A DNA stretch of 64,000 nucleotides. Source: Patescibacteria group bacterium (GTDB lineage: Bacteria; Patescibacteriota; Minisyncoccia; UBA6257; JACRHW01). The DNA is taken from contig JAGWJP010000003.1 of assembly GCA_028865725.1 (NCBI GenBank), forward strand, positions 65,697 to 129,696, written 5' to 3'. Under the pieces are notes generated by a model. It saw only the letters and a program-made list of their open reading frames with translations. It had not been told where the DNA came from and did not search any database. Below, piece by piece: positions 60,775-64,000 of this stretch. The translations under genes and the position numbers were made by a program. Each line of letters begins with the position of its first letter. Within the stretch, counting starts at the first letter, position 1.

Positions 60775-61725
60775 ATGCTTACGCTGCTTACCCATCCTCC
60801 CGCCTCATCAGTGCGCAATTCCGTTTTGTTCTTCAAACGGCGTGTGCGCGGCATTTTATTTTTTGTGTTTCGGAGACGGCCGGTAATGCCATACTATGGC
60901 CCATCTCTTGTGGCACAAAGTTTATGTAAAGGATTGAGTGAACTTGGTGAATCTTTTTTGCTGGATCCCGCTGAGAAACATATTTCCCGTGTCGTAGGTG
61001 TATTGAGCGGTAGCGACACGTTGCAGTGGGCGCTTGAGGCCAAACGAAGGGGAGCGATTACACATATTCTGGCAGGTCCGAACATTGTTGTGCTTCCCAT
61101 TGATGAAGGTAAAATTCTTCTTTCGCAGGAGATTGATCATGTGATTGTGAACTCCGAATGGGTTAAGAATCTTTATCTTCGCATTGCACCGACATTACAA
61201 GAAAAGATGAGCGTGTGGGCTGCAGGATCTGATGAAATGCCTTCTGGACAAGGAGGAAATACGTTGCTTATCTATAAAAAGAATGTTCCTGAAGAATTGT
61301 TTCATTATGTGGTTGGCTGTTTGAGGCAAGAGGGCGTGCCATTTCGTGTTCTTGCATATGGTTCATATATGCCTGAAGAATTTGATGCGCTTCTTCGGCA
61401 ATCACGTGGAATGGTGTATCTTACTGATTTTGAGAGCCAGGGGATGGCGCTTCAACAGGCATGGATGCGCAATGTTGCAACCCTTGTGTGGAATCCTGGC
61501 GTGTACATGATGCACGGAGAACATGTGCCTGCATCGAGTGCGCCGTATCTTACTTCGGAATGTGGGTTATTTTTTCGCGGAAAAGATGATTTTAAAGAGA
61601 TGTTGCATATGTTTTTATCGCATCTTTCTTTTTTTATCCCTCAAATCTATGCGCGGAAGTTGCTTTCTCATCGTGTTTCCGCCCGTCATTATTTGGATAT
61701 CGTACAAAAAAATGGTTATCTATAA
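60775..61725 (+). CDS. hypothetical protein (alternative start at 60886)
   Basis: 316-aa ORF in operon register; no motif recognised. Confidence 0.5.
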   Translation: MLTLLTHPPASSVRNSVLFFKRRVRGILFFVFRRRPVMPYYGPSLVAQSLCKGLSELGESFLLDPAEKHISRVVGVLSGSDTLQWALEAKRRGAITHILAGPNIVVLPIDEGKILLSQEIDHVIVNSEWVKNLYLRIAPTLQEKMSVWAAGSDEMPSGQGGNTLLIYKKNVPEELFHYVVGCLRQEGVPFRVLAYGSYMPEEFDALLRQSRGMVYLTDFESQGMALQQAWMRNVATLVWNPGVYMMHGEHVPASSAPYLTSECGLFFRGKDDFKEMLHMFLSHLSFFIPQIYARKLLSHRVSARHYLDIVQKNGYL

Positions 61726-61730
61726 GTAAT

Positions 61731-62405
61731 ATGGAACATATTCGACTTCATTTGGGGTGTGGTATGCATTATCTTGAAGGATATACTAATGTTGATCTAC
61801 CCTCCGCAGAACAGACGGTAATGCATTCAAGGGCGGATATCTATAAGGATATTCGTGAACTTGCCTATGCGGATAACTCAGTGGATGAAATTCGGAACCA
61901 TCATCTCCTCGAGCATTTTTCTCGGCAAGAAGCGCTTAAACTTTTGTTTCAATGGCGAAGATGGTTGCGGCCCGGTGGGTTGCTCTTTGTAGAGACGCCT
62001 GATTTTGAGCGTGGAGTGCAAGATTTCGTTCAGGCGAATTTGTTGGAAAAATTTGTGATTGCGCGGCATCTTTTTGGGTCGCAGGAATCGCATTGGGCGT
62101 TTCATAAGGATTTTTGGGGCGAGGAGAAGTTTCGCTTTGTACTTGGACAGCTTGGGTTTGAAAATATTGTATGTGAGCCAAAAACATTGTATACGAGCAA
62201 ATATATTCCTGACCGGCTTTCCCATGTGGCACGGAAGATCATGCCGGAACAGGTAGATCCCTTGCACAACATTATCGTGAAAGCCAATAAATCTTCTCGT
62301 GATATTGATGAAATGGCGGTAGCGCGGAACATTCTCTCATTGTCGCTTCTTGGTAAAGAGGAAGAGATCTTAGAAGTATGGATGCAGGAATTCAAAAAGG
62401 ATTAG
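61731..62405 (+). CDS. SAM-dependent methyltransferase-like protein
   Basis: HLGCGMHYLEGYTNVD..., LLFVETPDF; Methyltransf_23-like. Confidence 0.65.
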   Translation: MEHIRLHLGCGMHYLEGYTNVDLPSAEQTVMHSRADIYKDIRELAYADNSVDEIRNHHLLEHFSRQEALKLLFQWRRWLRPGGLLFVETPDFERGVQDFVQANLLEKFVIARHLFGSQESHWAFHKDFWGEEKFRFVLGQLGFENIVCEPKTLYTSKYIPDRLSHVARKIMPEQVDPLHNIIVKANKSSRDIDEMAVARNILSLSLLGKEEEILEVWMQEFKKD

Positions 62406-63169
62406 TGTCGGTTATCATACCGACATACAATAACGCAGAATACATCGCAGATGCAATTGATTCCGTATGTAAGCAGACCTATAAAAATTATGAAATCATA
62501 GTCATCGATGATGGTTCTTCCGATTTTTCTGAAGCGGTGATCCGTCATTATCATTCTTCTTCTCTTTACTATGAACGTATCGCGCATGAAGGTGTTTCTG
62601 TTGCCAGAAATGTCGGAGTTCAAAACGCGCATGGAGAGTTTGTTGCATTTCTTGATGCCGATGACATATGGTTTCCTGAAAAACTTGAAATACAGTTGCC
62701 TGTTTTTCAAAATCCATGCGTAGGGCTTGTGTATTCAGACATGGAATTTTTTGGAAACGCGTTTCCGTTTCATACATATTCTGAGATGACGAAACATGCG
62801 AATCGAGCCGATAGCATCAAAAGTCTTCTCTGGAGAAATTATATTGGTACCTCTTCTGTGTTGATGAGGAGAGAAGTCTTTGATAAAGCAGGAGGTTTTC
62901 CGGTAGGAGTTTCTATCGGAGAAGATTATCTCTTGTGGCTTTCGGCATTTCTTATTTCGCAAGGAAAAGGGGTTGTGAAACCTCTGGTACGTTACAGAAT
63001 CCACGATAAACAATCTTCTCGCGGGAGAACAAAAAATTATAAGGCGCTTTTCATGTGCTATCGTTCGCTTTTGAACGATCGTCGTTTTCGTGCCTATTGG
63101 TATATTGTTCTCGTCAGATATTTAGTGTATGGTTTAAAATATAGTCTAGCAGCAGCACTACATCTATGA
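62378..63169 (+). CDS. glycosyltransferase family 2
   Basis: [21 protein letters not shown]...[10 protein letters not shown]; FLDADD. Confidence 0.85.
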   Translation: MDAGIQKGLVSVIIPTYNNAEYIADAIDSVCKQTYKNYEIIVIDDGSSDFSEAVIRHYHSSSLYYERIAHEGVSVARNVGVQNAHGEFVAFLDADDIWFPEKLEIQLPVFQNPCVGLVYSDMEFFGNAFPFHTYSEMTKHANRADSIKSLLWRNYIGTSSVLMRREVFDKAGGFPVGVSIGEDYLLWLSAFLISQGKGVVKPLVRYRIHDKQSSRGRTKNYKALFMCYRSLLNDRRFRAYWYIVLVRYLVYGLKYSLAAALHL

Positions 63170-64000
63170 AAAAGGCACTTATTACTGGGGCCGGAGGATT
63201 AATAGGGTCTGAAGCCGTTTCTTTTTTTTGCGAGCAGGGTTTTGATGTGACAGGGGTGGATAATGATATGCGGAGTTATTTTTTTGGGCCCCAAGGGAGT
63301 ACTGCCTCTAGAATTACTGGACTTCTTGCCACCTATACTAATTTTAGGCACCATGCGATCGATATTCGTGATCGTGGGAAGCTCGAAGAACTTTTTAAGA
63401 CCAACTCTTTTGATTTGATAATTCATACCGCCGCACAGCCTTCGCATGACTGGGCGGTTAAAGAACCATTTACCGACTTTACCATAAACGCGAATGGCAC
63501 CCTGCACATGTTGGAATTTACTCGCTTATATTCGCCACACGCTGCGTTTATTTTTACCTCGACAAATAAAGTGTATGGAGACCGTCCAAACACCTTGCCG
63601 CTTGTAGAATTGGAAAAACGGTATGAAATTGCAGAAGCACACCCCTATTACAAAGGAATTGATGAAACAATGTCTATTGATGACAGTTTGCACAGCATAT
63701 TTGGAGCTTCAAAAGTTGCCGCAGATGTGTTAGTTCAGGAGTACGGAAAATATTTTGGCATGAAGACAGCGGTGTTCCGCGGAGGATGTTTAACGGGCCC
63801 CTCGCATCAAGGAGTTGAACTTCATGGGTTTTTAAATTATCTTGTGCGCTGTATTTTGGGCGGAAAAAAGTACACTATTTTTGGATATAAAGGAAAGCAA
63901 GTTCGCGATAATATTCATTCCAAGGATTTAATCCGCGCCTTCGCCGCTTTTTATGAACATCCGCGTTCGGGCGAAGTATATAACGCCGGCGGCGGGCGAC
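63166..64000 (+). CDS. NAD-dependent epimerase/dehydratase (CDP-paratose/tyvelose 2-epimerase-like), 3' end outside window
   Basis: [18 protein letters not shown]...VTGVDNDMR; YxxxK (FGASKVAAD). Confidence 0.8.
   Translation, partial: MKKALITGAGGLIGSEAVSFFCEQGFDVTGVDNDMRSYFFGPQGSTASRITGLLATYTNFRHHAIDIRDRGKLEELFKTNSFDLIIHTAAQPSHDWAVKEPFTDFTINANGTLHMLEFTRLYSPHAAFIFTSTNKVYGDRPNTLPLVELEKRYEIAEAHPYYKGIDETMSIDDSLHSIFGASKVAADVLVQEYGKYFGMKTAVFRGGCLTGPSHQGVELHGFLNYLVRCILGGKKYTIFGYKGKQVRDNIHSKDLIRAFAAFYEHPRSGEVYNAGGGR

Overview
Low-GC (about 40-45%), gene-dense bacterial window with short intergenic spacers and many translationally coupled ATGA/TGA overlaps. The gene content fits a reduced-genome, probably monoderm and possibly Patescibacteria/CPR-like organism, but that is inference only. 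The layout runs as follows. Housekeeping genes: dnaN 3' end, a class A PBP, nusA, an N-domain-less trigger factor, clpP, tRNA-Gly. A type IV pilus locus: five pilin-like genes (one fused to an LVIVD beta-propeller), pilC, and a short PilB-like ATPase. tyrS. A conspicuous ~0.9-kb GC-rich (about 60-65%) ORF-free island. A promoter/terminator-bounded ~300-nt ORF-less transcript. A TrmB regulator and a SOD. A large unknown protein with GHKL-like and HExxH motifs. An IS1595-family element (18-bp inverted repeats, 8-bp TTTGTTTT target duplication, two passenger ORFs) inserted at the 3' end of ruvC. yebC, a lamin-tail-domain protein, ruvB, and a second full-length pilB. tsaE, polA, holA, rpsT, ruvA, murE, and two NUDIX genes. 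From ~37.5 kb to the window end, a >26-kb surface-glycan locus. The glycan locus contains a GDP-fucose module (gmm-gmd-fcl) and a Wzm/Wzt ABC exporter. It also has a nonulosonic-acid-type module (cytidylyltransferase, DegT aminotransferase, NeuB-like synthase, formyltransferase). It further carries 5 GT2/GT4 glycosyltransferases, 4 SAM methyltransferases, a UDP-sugar dehydrogenase, epimerases and several unknown proteins. No CRISPR array, cas genes, reverse transcriptase or rRNA were detected. The most unexplained signals are the GC-rich structured non-coding island (15.8-16.7 kb), the adjacent sRNA-like unit (16.93-17.26 kb), a frameshifted 16-aa tandem-repeat membrane protein (6.9-7.6 kb) and the 841-aa GHKL/HExxH protein beside the IS.
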